A stretch of DNA of 64,000 bases from Parasitella parasitica NRRL 2501 (GCA_025201805.1 MU619240.1:141603-205602); one strand, 5' to 3'; positions 42,535 through 55,983 are shown, counted from the first letter of the stretch. Translations and numbers: made by a program. Notes: generated from the letters alone by a model not told the origin.

Positions 42535-43342
42535 TTACATCACAACAGGTTACTGTGAGCATTCCACCCGGTTTTTTTTTTTATTTTTTGTATTCATCAT
42601 TGCAAAGCATTTTAATATATAGACTTTCTACTTTTTCACATCAAAAAATTTCAGCTCTGTATTAACTCTACGCCATCCCCACTTTATATATAATACTGCT
42701 TATATCCCTTTATTTTCATCAAACAAATCATAATTAATAAAGCAAAATACTATGATATCTGTATGAAACTACTTATTTGCACCATCTTTATTTGTAATAA
42801 GCAATCTAATACTGCTGTCGTGTAATCTAGCCAGACATTAGCAAGAGATCTAACCTTACGTATACGTTGAAGAATACCATGTAGACATAATCATCCTTAA
42901 AAAAGTTCAATTACGGGGACATGCTATAAATATGCCAAATTTTGGCTTTTGATTTGTGTAACACACGGTGAATTTGCTATAAATTATACTAATTTCTTTT
43001 AAATGCATTGGCCATGTCAAATAACAAAATTTCATTAGAAAATGGCTCAAATGGCAAGACTAACTTGAGATTTATTAATTGTATATTTATGCGCATCGTA
43101 TATATTGTGCAAATGATGTAGCAGTGCTTTAATTGCTGCATAAAGATGATTTTCATTGCATGCGATATGAATTTGCAAAAAACAAAATATCTTTTATTCA
43201 TCAGCTTTTATCTTTAAGAAGATATTTGGTATGATTAAATTTGATTTAATAAGAGGGAACGCAACAGGTGGATGATTCGACAAACTCCCTAGTGTTTACA
43301 TGTATACGTGAGACACCATACTTTAGATATAGTTTGCTTGTT

Positions 43343-43788
43343 TTACCATTCTCCCTCAACAATATCGTTTGTCATTTCGTATTTCATCAAGGCCTGGGAG
43401 AGTTCATCTAGAGCTGCCTGCACTTTTGAGATACCATCAGTCTCAACCTCAGACCAGAGCTGTTCTGAGAGATATTCCTTCAATTGTAAGCATTCCTCAT
43501 AAGCATCCTATGTGACCGCATAGACCCATCAGTGCATGCAATAAACCTCGCTATAATCCACTCTATATTACCTTAGCAGTTTCATTTGTTTTGACTTGTT
43601 GTGGGTCGATCATAACAAGCATGTGTGCCAAGAAGGAACTTGACTTTCTTGAGTTTACGATGGCCTCATCCACACTGAGATTTAAAGGGGTAGACTATAT
43701 TGAAATGTTGAGTACAATTGTCAAATGCTGGATCCATTGAGCACTGAGATACCTTTGAAACGGTATATCCAGCAACTTGACAAGACAT
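43343..43788 (-). CDS. Small 107-aa three-exon protein resembling a stand-alone GAT domain (not in the ORF track)
   Basis: ATG at 43788, two GT-AG introns, product MSCQVAGYTVSK|STPLNLSVDEAIVNSRKSSSFLAHMLVMIDPQQVKTNETAK|DAYEECLQLKEYLSEQLW...AALDELSQALMKYE...EGEW*. Confidence 0.72.
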
Positions 43789-45110
43789 TCTATATAAAGT
43801 ATGAAGAAAAAAAAGAAAAGAGGTGGAGAGAAGAAAGAAAAAGAAGAGTAAAAGGGAGACAAGCGGTTATTATTTCCTAAACAATGAGCAAGGCGTGTAC
43901 TTTCACATGTTAACGGGTTTTGGATGCTCAGAATACGTCGCTCTCAAACAAAACAAGTATGATCAAACTACAAACTTTGTGCTACTCTGTACATATTGAC
44001 TTTATATGTACAATTACACCTGCAAATAAATGCGTTCTCAAGCGTTATGGTTTAGGAAGGTATCATAAGAACGTGAGTAAAAAAAAGTTGCTGTTGCATC
44101 TTATTGTATTAGATATAAAGATGTTGAAAAACAAAGAAAAGTCCATAAAGAAATCAAAGCAAGTTCTGTTCTTTCCAAAAGGGAAAAACCCAGGACTTAT
44201 TGTTCCATAATGAACAGGTACGAATGCATTTAATCTCACCACAACAAGTAATACCCCAATACATAAACAGTTTCGATTTATATCTGAAAGAAAAACAAGT
44301 AGTTCGCCTTCGACAGATTCTTTTTCGTCAAAAGGTTGATCTGGGATTAGTTGCTATAGAGCAAACAGGTGTGTGATTTATGACTCGATAGCACGCAGCA
44401 AAACGAAATAAAAAATAAAGCCTTTTACGATAAGATTAAGCTGTATATCCCAAAAAGAATATTTGCCCAGTAACAAAAGCGTTTTCATGTGCGACCTTAT
44501 TTCTACACTATTACTACCAATATAATGACAGATATCTTGAAAGAGGAACTAGCCATACATTGTAGCATTTGAAATAGCATAAGTTGGGTTTGAGATAAGG
44601 GATGATAAGAATAAAAGTGTTTATTTTATAGCATCATGCTCATGCAAGTGTTGTTACAACGTTTTTAATTAGACGATTTATGGATACATATAATAGAATT
44701 CCAAAAACTAGAAAAGTTTATTTTTAAAATAAACTCATAGCTACATACTGCATTGCAAATCAACATAAGAAAAAAAAAAATTTGTGTGGGATCTGTGAAA
44801 ATAAGAATGTCTCATAAATCAAATGCAAACTCTGTAAACAGAGAACACTCTTGCCGAATAAAATAACAGTGAAGCTTTGGTGCCGCATATGTTTAAGAAG
44901 CTTTTCAAAGAACACTGATGGCTTGAACCACATCCTGCTGATAGCACTTTGCCCATCACAAAGGCTCGCCTTCGACAATTAAGAGAGAGATTTTTTACAT
45001 GTCCCACCCAAAACAAAGTCAAATAAAAAGATTTTTCTCATCGTATGGCACCTTGATTCCTTTCCATCTCTTTCTCAACATTTCGTTTTAACTATCACTG
45101 ATCCTACATC

Positions 45111-48100
45111 ATGTCATATAATAGTGGCTCGACATCTGAAGAGCAGCTTCCAGAGGTCTTTCGACGTCTAGGGAAGACGGTTCCCCCAAGAGAAAGGCGA
45201 AGCTATTCGGGTGGTCAGCAAACATTTGATACTAGGCCGAGAACTGCGCCAGAACAGCAATGGTCCGCCTTTTACCAACCTCAACATAATTTTCAACAAG
45301 CCAACTATTCTGATATAGCGACCCAGGCATCCAATCCCCTTCCCATCTACTACAGGCCTCAAATGAATAATGGCAACAGCGCTGTAGGCTTTCATCCAAG
45401 CTTTAACCCCAAGAACAACCCCAACGCGATAATCAGCAACAATAACAGTAACAGCAATATTCCCATTCCTTACAATATATCATCTCCTTCGACCACTTCT
45501 GCTCACACTATACCTCAAAATGCCTTTAGCTTTATACCTAGAGATGCCAATCAAAACTCTAATCCCATTATATCGTTTGTTCGTAACCCAAATACTGGTG
45601 CAATGCCTAGTTATGGTGCCCCTTATCAATTTTTCAACGGTAACATGGGCCCAGTAGATGTGAATAGCGGTCAGCAAGTCTTGCATCCATCTCCTTCGGT
45701 CGCCCCCTCTGCTACCCCCTCTACTGCTGCAATACCACCGGTTTCTCTTTCTGCTTCGAAGGCTGCTACTTCTGGTCCTCTCAAATCTTCTCACGATAAG
45801 AAAGACGGCTCACTTTCCTATGAAATCACCGCAGCATCGAATACCGGTACCTCATCTCGTAGACACGAGCAGAAAAATCCCAGTAAGCAGTCGCCAGCCT
45901 ATAGCCACGATTCCAAAGATAATCAAAACGAAGATACTCCCACCAGCCAGAGAGACATTCTTGCTAAATCGATCAAAATTATCGCTTCCCGCCCATTAGG
46001 CGCGGACAAGAATAGTGGTAATAAGAGTCGAAAACATGTCCGTCAAAGCGATAGTGAGAGCAGCGAACCTGAAGATGATGTTCTTTCATCCACGATTGTC
46101 AACCGAAAAGTTGTTGTCGCTACTGACGATAATGAGCGTAGTTTAAGTCGCGAGAGATCACCTATTACGAAAAAAACAAAAAGGGATATCTCTCCAACAA
46201 TCCCAAAAAGTAGACGACGCTCATCATCAGGTAACTCTAAAGATGATGGCGCTCGTAATTCTAGAGCAAGACAGTCTTTACGATCACCTTCTCCTATTTC
46301 TGTCGATCGCCATTCCCGCTCTGCATCACGTTCTCTTTCTCGATCCATATCTCCTCCAAAAAGACAAAGAACAAGTAGGCAAAGATCCGAATCCATTCGC
46401 ACACCTAGAAATCATTCTCCAGGATCCAGTAGTGACGAGGAAAAGGCACCTTTCTTAAAAAATCATGCTGATCGTTATGTTCCTGATTATAATAGAAGAC
46501 CATTACCACCTCAATTTCGCCAGAGATTTGCATCGCCTTCGGCTTCCAGAAACCTGTCATTGCAATCAGTATCCTCGTCATCGTTGCCCCATGCGACAAA
46601 CTCATCTTCTGCGAAGATATTTGGTCCTGGCTCTAGTGCTTCTTCGATGAATAGACGTACACAACCTGATGGTGCATCTAGCAAACCCAAAGATTTAAGA
46701 TCATACCCTTTGTTAGGTACTTCTTCCATGTCATCCGATAACTCTAAAATTAGTGCCGAAACTAAACCTCCTTCGAACGCAACCACTTCATCGGGACCAA
46801 AGGATACATCTATTAAGAAATCTACAATCATTAGTCATAAAATCATCACGAAGCCTTCTATAATTTCGAAAACTAAAAGTAAAACTACTACTGCATCAAC
46901 CAGTAATAGTAGTAATTCGGCTATTGTCCCCAACGCTGCTCAAATAAAATTGTTACCACCTGTTAAGCAGCTGAACAGTGTCAAGAATGAAATTAAGATG
47001 GTGCCTATCAAACAAGAGATGACCGAAGAGCCTATAAATGATGCATCCAGACAAAACAAGGAGCGTAATGATGGTACGACTGGTAGAAGGGGGCAAACCT
47101 CCATTAACAATGAGACCACTTCTGATGGTTCTACTGCTGGTAGTAGTAACCGTAAAAATAATGCTAATAGTCCTGCTGCCCTCCCTTTAAATGCCCCAAA
47201 TGCAACTAATGAATTGGAAACCGCTGTGCCCAGTACTCGTATTGCTGAAACAATTACCCAAAATGAACGTCGTAAACGCAAAGTTTTTACGGATGCGCCA
47301 ACCGTGGATTTCGTTGAAACTAGTAAAAGCATAAATGGATTTTCTAAGGCGCTGCCATCAGTGAATGATGATGCCAAGACATCACCGCCAGCACGTCAAG
47401 TAAACAAGACTAGCACTATCACTCAAGCTACTCGAGCTGCTATCAAGAAAAGAGTGGCAAAAGAGCAAGAACGATTAGATCAAGAACGGTTACGACAACT
47501 AGATATTGACGATCGTGATGATATTGTAATGGATATAGCTCTTTCAGTTCAACCTCGTTCTGTTGCGCCAGCAATGTCTGCCAACAATAATACAGTTACT
47601 TTTGATGCTACTGCTGAAAGTTTGAGCAAGGAAGCAACATCAAAAACAGATGACTTGGCCACAATACATGATAATGCAACAAAGGTGCTAGAAAACCCAC
47701 CAAATGCAACTAAAACCAGTTCAGTTGATGGCAATGTTACGCCTACTTCTGCAAACGGAAGTATATCGAATCACAATACGATCAAAAATTCACCTAATCC
47801 CATGTCAGCGGCATCATCCAAGGCAGGTCATGGGAATGCTCCTTCAAATGACACAACCACTGCCGGCACAAATAGCGCATTCACTAATATGGAATTAAGC
47901 AATGATATGTCGGTCCCTCAGGGTGACACCATGTTGCAATCCAAGTCAATGTCATCACTAAATTCTCAAATGTTGCCACCTCCTGCATCGCTTCAGCAAG
48001 AGCCATTAATTGTGGTAAAAAAACCTCTGGTCCTTACATTCAATAATACTGCTGCTCTACCTGCTTCTGCTGTTCCCGTTGCTCCACAATCCACGAATAA

Positions 48101-48206
48101 GAGTAAGAGATTGCCAAAGCCCTGGAAGGCCAAGATGAATGATTCTGGCGATATCTATTACGTTAACCCAGTGACCGGAGAAGTATCATTTGTTCGACCT
48201 GAATGA
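45111..48206 (+). CDS. Intronless 1031-aa low-complexity protein with RS/SP-rich centre and C-terminal WW domain
   Basis: Uninterrupted ORF; SRSASRSLSRSISP; terminal LPKPWKAKMNDSGDIYYVNPVTGEVSFVRP. Confidence 0.85.
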   Translation: MSYNSGSTSEEQLPEVFRRLGKTVPPRERRSYSGGQQTFDTRPRTAPEQQWSAFYQPQHNFQQANYSDIATQASNPLPIYYRPQMNNGNSAVGFHPSFNPKNNPNAIISNNNSNSNIPIPYNISSPSTTSAHTIPQNAFSFIPRDANQNSNPIISFVRNPNTGAMPSYGAPYQFFNGNMGPVDVNSGQQVLHPSPSVAPSATPSTAAIPPVSLSASKAATSGPLKSSHDKKDGSLSYEITAASNTGTSSRRHEQKNPSKQSPAYSHDSKDNQNEDTPTSQRDILAKSIKIIASRPLGADKNSGNKSRKHVRQSDSESSEPEDDVLSSTIVNRKVVVATDDNERSLSRERSPITKKTKRDISPTIPKSRRRSSSGNSKDDGARNSRARQSLRSPSPISVDRHSRSASRSLSRSISPPKRQRTSRQRSESIRTPRNHSPGSSSDEEKAPFLKNHADRYVPDYNRRPLPPQFRQRFASPSASRNLSLQSVSSSSLPHATNSSSAKIFGPGSSASSMNRRTQPDGASSKPKDLRSYPLLGTSSMSSDNSKISAETKPPSNATTSSGPKDTSIKKSTIISHKIITKPSIISKTKSKTTTASTSNSSNSAIVPNAAQIKLLPPVKQLNSVKNEIKMVPIKQEMTEEPINDASRQNKERNDGTTGRRGQTSINNETTSDGSTAGSSNRKNNANSPAALPLNAPNATNELETAVPSTRIAETITQNERRKRKVFTDAPTVDFVETSKSINGFSKALPSVNDDAKTSPPARQVNKTSTITQATRAAIKKRVAKEQERLDQERLRQLDIDDRDDIVMDIALSVQPRSVAPAMSANNNTVTFDATAESLSKEATSKTDDLATIHDNATKVLENPPNATKTSSVDGNVTPTSANGSISNHNTIKNSPNPMSAASSKAGHGNAPSNDTTTAGTNSAFTNMELSNDMSVPQGDTMLQSKSMSSLNSQMLPPPASLQQEPLIVVKKPLVLTFNNTAALPASAVPVAPQSTNKSKRLPKPWKAKMNDSGDIYYVNPVTGEVSFVRPE

Positions 48207-48519
48207 ATCAAATTAAATAAAAGCACATTTACGAGAATTAATGAAGGATTCTGTATTATCGTGCTTCCATCTACAAAGCGAACAGTGGTCCACTCCCCTC
48301 CTTCCCCTTAAAATGCTTTGATTCTTTCTTTTTAGCATAATCTCAGAGACAAGAAAGATAGATAGAGAACGCTAGTGTAATCAAGGGGATAAATCAATCA
48401 TTTGATTTCAAACCTTTTAATAATATATAAATGAGTTTGCTCATTTGTAATCACTTGTTTCCTCTTTTCCATTTCTATAATTATCTTTTTATATATCATT
48501 CATAGAAAAACAAATTTAA

Positions 48520-50381
48520 ATGGATCTTGATCATACTATTTCCGTCATAACAGCTGTATTTGGAGCATTTACATTATTATATGGTGTCTGTTCTTTAGTT
48601 ATTAAACAAAAGCTGTACATTTCAGAAGCATGTAGATATACACAGTTACAAAGAACAGCCTATTTGCAGTATATCTAACTCGCTTCTTTACAACATGTAG
48701 TCATTGCCATCTTTTGTGGAATTCTATGCGGGCCAATTGGGTTTAACTTGATTAATATTGATGGCTGGATACATAGAGAAGATATGACGAGACAATTCTC
48801 GAGAATTGTCATTGCAATCCAGGTATAAATATTCATCCTCAAGACATTTGTTGCATTCCAAGGCAATTATGTAATCCCTATCTTATCTTTTAGGTGATGG
48901 CAGCAGGAGTATCGTTACCGAAAGCTTATTTAAAAACGGAATTACGGTCATTACTGGTCTTGTTGGGTCCTGTCATGGTTTTCATGTGGATGATAAGCGG
49001 TTTATGCGTGTTCTATTTTGTTCCTAGACTGTCATTTGTAAGTATCCAATATGCACAAATTACATTTAATCTTAATTTCTGTTTATATAGCTTGAAGCGC
49101 TGTTGATTGCATCTTGCTTTGCTCCTACTGATCCTGTAAGTCGAGATTACTACATCTTGAACGTATGTGTAAATTAACAGTGCAATGCAAGGTATTGGCA
49201 AATTCAATTGTTCAAGGCCATTTTGCTGAAAAATACGTGCCTAAGAATATCCGAAATATAATTATAGCAGAAAGGTGAGAGGATATTCAGGAGCAATCGA
49301 AATCATAATCACTTAACAAACGTTTGTAGTGGCGCTAATGATGGCTTGGGATATCCCTTCTTGTTTCTAACCATTTATCTCATCCAAATGCCATCGATTA
49401 TGGTAGCTTTATCTAAATGGTCGTGGTTCATCTTGGGATATGAAATCGGCTTCTCTATTCTTGTTGGGTTTCTTGTAGGATATATAGCACGAAAGACCCT
49501 GAAATTTGCCAAGCAAAGGTATTATGGTGTATTAGCACATTTTCAGAACCCTCGCTTATTTCTTTACTGGATTCATTAGAGATTGGATAGACAAGGAGTC
49601 CTTTCTAGTATTTGCCATTGCCTTAGCAGTAAGTTTTTGCGCTATTATATCAACATGTTTAATGAGACGTCCTTTTCTAGTTGTTCTTGACTGGCGCTGT
49701 GGGGTTGATGGGTAGCGACGATCTTTTGGCTTGCTTTATTGCTGGAAACTCGTTCACATGGGATGACTGGTTTAGAGAAGAGACTGAAGATGCGCACTTA
49801 TCTGATGCTATCGATATGTTACTTAATCTCAGCATGTTTGTTTACATTGGCATAACTATCGTATGTATGGTGTATTTCATGCTGAGCAAATTTAACATTG
49901 TTTTTCCTGTATTTTTTAGCCGTGGTCCTCGTTTTATAGTGCAGATGCACCGCTAACGCTTTGGACATTAATTGGTCTAGCTTCATGCGTCCTTCTTTTT
50001 AGAAGACTGCCCGTGATCATAGCTTTGCACAAATATATTCCAGCGATATCAGACTGGAGACAGGCTATTTTTGCTGGTTGGTTTGGCCCAATAGGAGTGG
50101 GTGCCTTATTCTATTATACTATTGCACTTGAGGCATTCCCTTCAGACGGCACAAATGATTACGCTAGACAGGTGATAGAGCCCGTCATTTACTTTATGAT
50201 TATTGCTTCTGTCATTGTACATGGTAGTACTATACCTTTCTATTTTATTGTGGATTCTGTTGCCTCTCGTACATTGACAAAAACGAGCTCTAAAAACAAA
50301 GGTGATATGAATATTTCTCCAGTAAGCAGCTCCTATGGCGCAACAGAAAACGGAGATGCTTTGCTAGCTATCACGGTATAA
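48520..50381 (+). CDS. Na+(K+)/H+ antiporter, Nha1/Sod2 family, many exons
   Basis: KLYISEA, IVIAIQVMAAGVSLP, PTDPVLANSIV, ESGANDGLGYPFL, GSDDLLACFIAG, GWFGPIGVGA, VHGSTIP. Confidence 0.92.
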
Positions 50382-51236
50382 GCTAAAATTATATATTCGA
50401 TAGCATTTCCAATAAAGAGTATTGTTAAATAGTCTTAACCCTTTTCTCTTTTCTTCATATATTTCAAATATTGGTGTAGAAGATAAGTACATCAAAGCAA
50501 CAGCTATCATTACTTGTTATATCGTACAACACGCATACACGAACACTGCGTTGTTTATGCTCTCATAAGAAACATTCGGAAGGTCATAGTGGCTAGTTCT
50601 TCTTTTGTTTGTCGAAGCTCAGCTTACAGTCTGCTCTTTTGCTGGAGTCTATTAATCTCTTGATGAACTTGGACATCTTCTAGTGTTTATAAGATTATGA
50701 GCAGAAAACAGCAATTTTCATGTAAGAAATGTGTACAAATGTCTGTACCTTTTCGTACAAACCAAAGTAGAAGCTGTTTCGAACTTGATTAATATGGGCA
50801 TTGATTAGGCTATCACTTATATACTTGATTTCCACTGCGGGCGAACTGTCTATCAAAACTTATATACTGATATTCGTAATTTAAACTACAGTACGTACGC
50901 TTTATTTCAGCTAAACATGATGCTGCATAAAAATAGCTTTAGAGATCACAATTTCGAGCATATTGGCTGCTGATACATATCAGGCACGGCCAAGTTAACT
51001 TTGATGCCCGTGTCTGACCCCTCAATTAAAAACAAGTGCATGTAATTTACAAAGGGCATATATACAGTATATACAAGCTTTTCAAAAATTGACTCAACCA
51101 AAATAATCATTGCTTTCTGATGGTCATTTTATAACAAGTAAAACAATTGTTTATTTTATATATTATTACATCATATTTAATGGTTGTAAGGTATAATTTT
51201 GTGCTTTGTGGACTTATCTCGTGCTATATAGTAGGT

Positions 51237-52755
51237 TCAGCAATGTCCGTAATGAGCAGCATTTACATTTTGCATAATCATAGGCGGTGGTGAATAGTAA
51301 GGCGGTGGCACACACACGTACTGTGGGGGAGCAGGCTCTTCTTTTTTGGGTTCTGCCTTTTCCTCTGGCGCTGCTGGCGGAGCATTGACACCAAACCTCA
51401 GCCTCAACCGAATAATGCAGTAGTAGTATTGCCACCCAAAGGAAATGAGTGTGTTGACAGTAACAAACGCAAGCATGACATAGACAGGTTTACTCATCAA
51501 ATAGGTGTTGTGATGCTTTGGATTTCCGTCGAATATAAGCATCCATGGATTAATGAATCCAGTGTGAGCAAAGAAATCAAGACCAAAGTAGAATAGATAC
51601 GAGCCCATGAGCGCGGTTGTAAAGAGGACCATGTAGCTTTCTACAAAGAACATCAGTATAGGGCCTAGTAGCGATACTCCTATAATAAAGCAAACACGAG
51701 CAACTTTCTGAGTACCAGAGACGGAATTTTAGTAAATATATGTAGATTTTCAACTTTGACTAAACCTACAATGAGGATGACTAAGTCTTCTCTCCAAGAC
51801 AGAAGGTATACAGCAAGATAAAAACCACCCAGACCTGAATGAGATATTGTTAATACCTAAAATTTACAGTTGAAATTATTTGTTAACTGCTTACATGCAA
51901 GGCAGTAAACTCCAGCAGGCCATAAAAATATCAAAAAGAGTGCGCCCAAGATGCCTAGACCAGCACTGACACAAATATAAATTAAATCGCCCAGAGGATA
52001 GCCACCAGCAGGCTCATTATTAACAAGACCAATCCATGTCATCGTAGCTACAAGCGTACAAAGAATGTTAGTAAAATATTTGGCTTCAATGTCAATTAAC
52101 ATACCAAAAAAGACAAAACCGACCAAACCAAGAGTAGGGCGAAAGAAACGGAATCCAAGGATTTGAAAGTACAAACCTACGAGAACACAAACTATGCCTG
52201 CGAAGCCTTGTGCTGGACTGATACTGTCACCATATGTATCTAATATAAGCACAAATTATTAGATTTTTGATAGCTTTTGCATTTAATTCAATACTTACGC
52301 CAGAGATAGTCTGACCAGCATTGGCCAGTGCATGATTTTTTGCCTTTTGATTTTGAGGTAGATGACGGTTTTGATGTAGATGTTGATTTACTGACAGTAA
52401 TGGTTTTAGTTACAGTCATGGCATGGCCGCCACCACAATTCACTGTTTCCGTTTCTGTTTTCCAGAGATTATTGACAGACAAGACATTATTAACAGCAGT
52501 ATTCTGGCCATTATTATGCACCCCGTTGCGACACATGCTTGCCCAGTTTTGATATAAAACTAAATTATCTATTTCGTCCTGATCATCGTCGTTGTCTTGA
52601 CCTTCTCTTTTGAAGAGTATAGCCTCGAGTGTGGGTACACCGACAGCTGTAGAGCTAGGCTGCAAATCATACACAGTCTTGGTTGGCAGTGTAATGCATG
52701 AAACCAGCTTTATAATTAGTAGGAAAAGTATTGAAGTCTTTGATATAGGACTCAT
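51237..52755 (-). CDS. DUF4203/TM7S3-TMEM198-like multipass membrane protein with signal peptide (paralog B)
   Basis: Co-linear with paralog A (LYQNWASMC, NNLWKT, CWSDYLW, MTWIGLVNNEP, GLDFFAHTG, FGWQYY) with matching intron positions; Pro-rich tail. Confidence 0.78.
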
Positions 52756-52920
52756 TGTTGTTTTGAAGGAGGGCGGGAGGGTAATAAAGAAAAGCAAAAA
52801 TAGATGTATATAAATTCATTGTTTCTTGGGCGACCATCTTGTTATATACATGAGTGATGAATGTTTTTTATTTATGGTCTTTTTAAGCAATTAGTGATCA
52901 GGTCTATCGAGAATTGCCAT

Positions 52921-55900
52921 TTATGGGTCGATGTTTTCAACGTTTTTGGCACCAAGGCCTCCCTTCTTCTTCTCTCGCAGCTCAGCCATACGCTATACAG
53001 AGACAAGTATTTGTTAGAATTGAGTTAAGCTTGAATATGTCAAGATAGCACTTTACCTGTTTTCTTTTTTCTCTTCTACGCTCAAGTTCAGCTTTACGGT
53101 CATCTTTATTCACTGCCTGAGATGATTGTGTGGTCTCGGAAGCAATGTGTGTAACAGACGAGCCCATATTGTTGTCATGATTTTCCAAATCAAGGTCTGC
53201 CAACATTTTCAATTAATGTGCGTATAAAACAAATGCATCAAAATAGGTCAACATTACCTAACGCCTTGGTTTTGTGGCCCAGTTTCATCGATCCTTGGGT
53301 TTTAAGCTGCTGCCCGTTATTGGCTGCAATTGCACCAAAAGAAGAAGGATATGAGCCAAAGGATGCTGGTGAATTATGTATAAGTGGAGGTGAAAATGCT
53401 GCAGAATTTGGTTGATCGAATGAATCCCATGCGTTATTTTCGGCTTCTTGTTCTTCTTGGCTAAAATCAAATGGATTACTCTCCTCATCATCCCAGCCAT
53501 TCGCTTCTGCGTCTTCTGCTTCAATCAGCGTCTGGTTGTCGTTGCTGTTAATTCCTAATTTCATTCCTGTTGTCTTTTCGATTGTAATGTGGTCATAATT
53601 ATCAGCAACAGGTGTTGCCCCTTGTGAATTAATTGGATTTCCGATTTCCCCACTTGGCGATGAAAACTAATCAATAGTGATATTAGTGTAACTGCGGCAT
53701 CGATGTTTAGACAAACTTACCCTTGACTGAAGTGATGATACGGCCCAACCTGCCAGACCTTTGGTCGCACCACCAAGCACGCCTGCCATTCCTCCCCCTT
53801 GGGCAGAAGCTCCAGCAGCTTCTTCGCCTGTAGGTGTATTGGATCGTTCGACAATTGCAGTATCAGGCATTTTATCCGCGAATTCTTGTGCCTTGCTCAC
53901 AAACGCATTCATAGCCTTGAAAGCTTGATCACGAACAGTTCTATTTAACAGAAAACATATTATGCTTTGCCTGACTATGACATATTTTAATCGACTTACT
54001 TTTCTTTATCAATCAGCATGACAGAGATAGCAGGAAGGATCTTTGTTGTGCACTCTTGGGCATCGTAGTATTCGATTGTGGCTGGTCATAGCACTGATTA
54101 ATTAGTTTTTTATATAGTCTTTTACGTACAATAACCTACCATTCAGCGCCATCAAAGATGCAATTCTTGCGTGGTGAAATCCATCTCGCAAGCTTCTTGT
54201 AAATCCACTCACTAAAACCTTTTTTCTTGTCTACATGAAATCACATCAGTAACACTAGCTTTACATATTTCAAATAATACATACGCTTTCGCTAAGATGC
54301 TTAGCAATCTTACCCAAACAAATTACTGTGTTTGTTCTGATACCAGGCTCTGGATCCAACTGAAGCTTAGCTAGATATTTTAGCAATTCATAATTGATAA
54401 TCTTCTCGCTAAGTTTAGGTACAATCAGTAAAGTAGATTTTATCGTTTGCTCCCGAATGATAGGGATTGTATCAGTGAAACCAGTAGCCTATGTAGAGAC
54501 TCTTGAATAAACGCAACGTAGAGCACAAGTTGGATGTCGACTTACAATGTGAGGGAATACTTGATTCGTAATCATCTTGCTTGTCATATGATCAATAAAT
54601 TTGGGCATATTCTCGAGCAAACTGACACGTATAGCACGATCAGGCGAAGCAAACATACGAATGATAGGTTGTATCACCACGCTCTCATATTCTGCATCTG
54701 ATAAATGCTCTCCTACTTTAACAATTGCGCTCAATGCTTTAGCGCCGCCAGAGCCGAATTCGAACGCCTTGATTAACTCGGGCAGAATTTTATGTTTGGC
54801 AAATTCACTTGGAAACGTATTGATGGTTGAATCCAGCTTTCTGAAAAACTCTTCCTTTTCTGCCTGTTCCTTGATGCTGATATTCTCCAGAAACAGATTC
54901 ACCTTGACGAAATCAGCCGAAAAAAAACCTCTAGCCTTCAGGCCTTCATCCAAGAACATGTCGGCACTAGCTCTGTTTCTGAAGGAGGGGTTGAGTAGCA
55001 TGGTGTAAATGCGTTGCATATTCCCAGGAATTCCGCCCTTTTGTGACAAAAGCGAATCAGTTGTCTCGAATCGATGATTGTAAGCCTCGTAAATTAAACA
55101 ACCCAAATGATAAGAATCAATTGCTCCACTGGGTATATCTTTTATTACTGTCCATCCAGACTTTTTCACTTCTGGAGTTGCGTACCGTTGCGCATCAGGA
55201 ACAATGCCGCCAAATGTCTGGAAAACCGTAGTTATAGTGATAGGAGAGGAGATTTACAGCTTTGATGACTTACCAAAATAATCGGGCTTTCTTCTTTCAT
55301 AGAGCTTAGCAATTCAAATCCTCCCAACTTCCATTCACCTGCTTTATTTGTGAAAATCGAAGCAATTCTAACATTTCCATGAACAAAGTCGCAATCGTTG
55401 TTTAGAAATTTGACGGCGTTCTAGTATTCAACAGTTAGAGAACAGTGGGTTGCATTTAATGTCTATCGCTACATTACTGCTACTTTGTAGAGACCCCATA
55501 ATACAAGGTCTTTGTCTGGATCTTGATTTAATTGATTTGAGAGTGGTTTGACAGGATCTGTAACAATCATGATACTTTGCTCTGTCTATTCAGTAATTAG
55601 CGATTTATTGTTGAGTGATGATGCTGCTGTATTGTCGTTACTTGGGCTTACCTCGATGCCGTCCAAGTAGCGTAAAATATCAGGGTGTCTCATTGTACGG
55701 ATCCTCTTGAATGCATTTCTCGCCAACTGTGCCTTGTCTCTGTTCTTTTGACAGTCGAACACAAAAATGGACACTTCAGAACCGTCTTCCTGCGCATATT
55801 GTTAGCAAGTATCGAGTGATTTCTCTTTCTCTTTCTCTATACCTTTTTCGTTCCGCGGTGAAGATTCCACATGGACTGGTCAGAGTAAAACTCATCCTTG

Positions 55901-55983
55901 TCGCCTATACTGTAACCGAATCCCGAGTTGTCTTTGCCCAAGAGATGGAGGCTACCCTTGACTATGTTTGAAAAGAATGCCAT
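52921..55983 (-). CDS. SCY1-family pseudokinase with HEAT repeats (Cex1/SCYL1-like), many exons
   Basis: [47 protein letters not shown], and C-terminal [22 protein letters not shown]. Confidence 0.9.
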
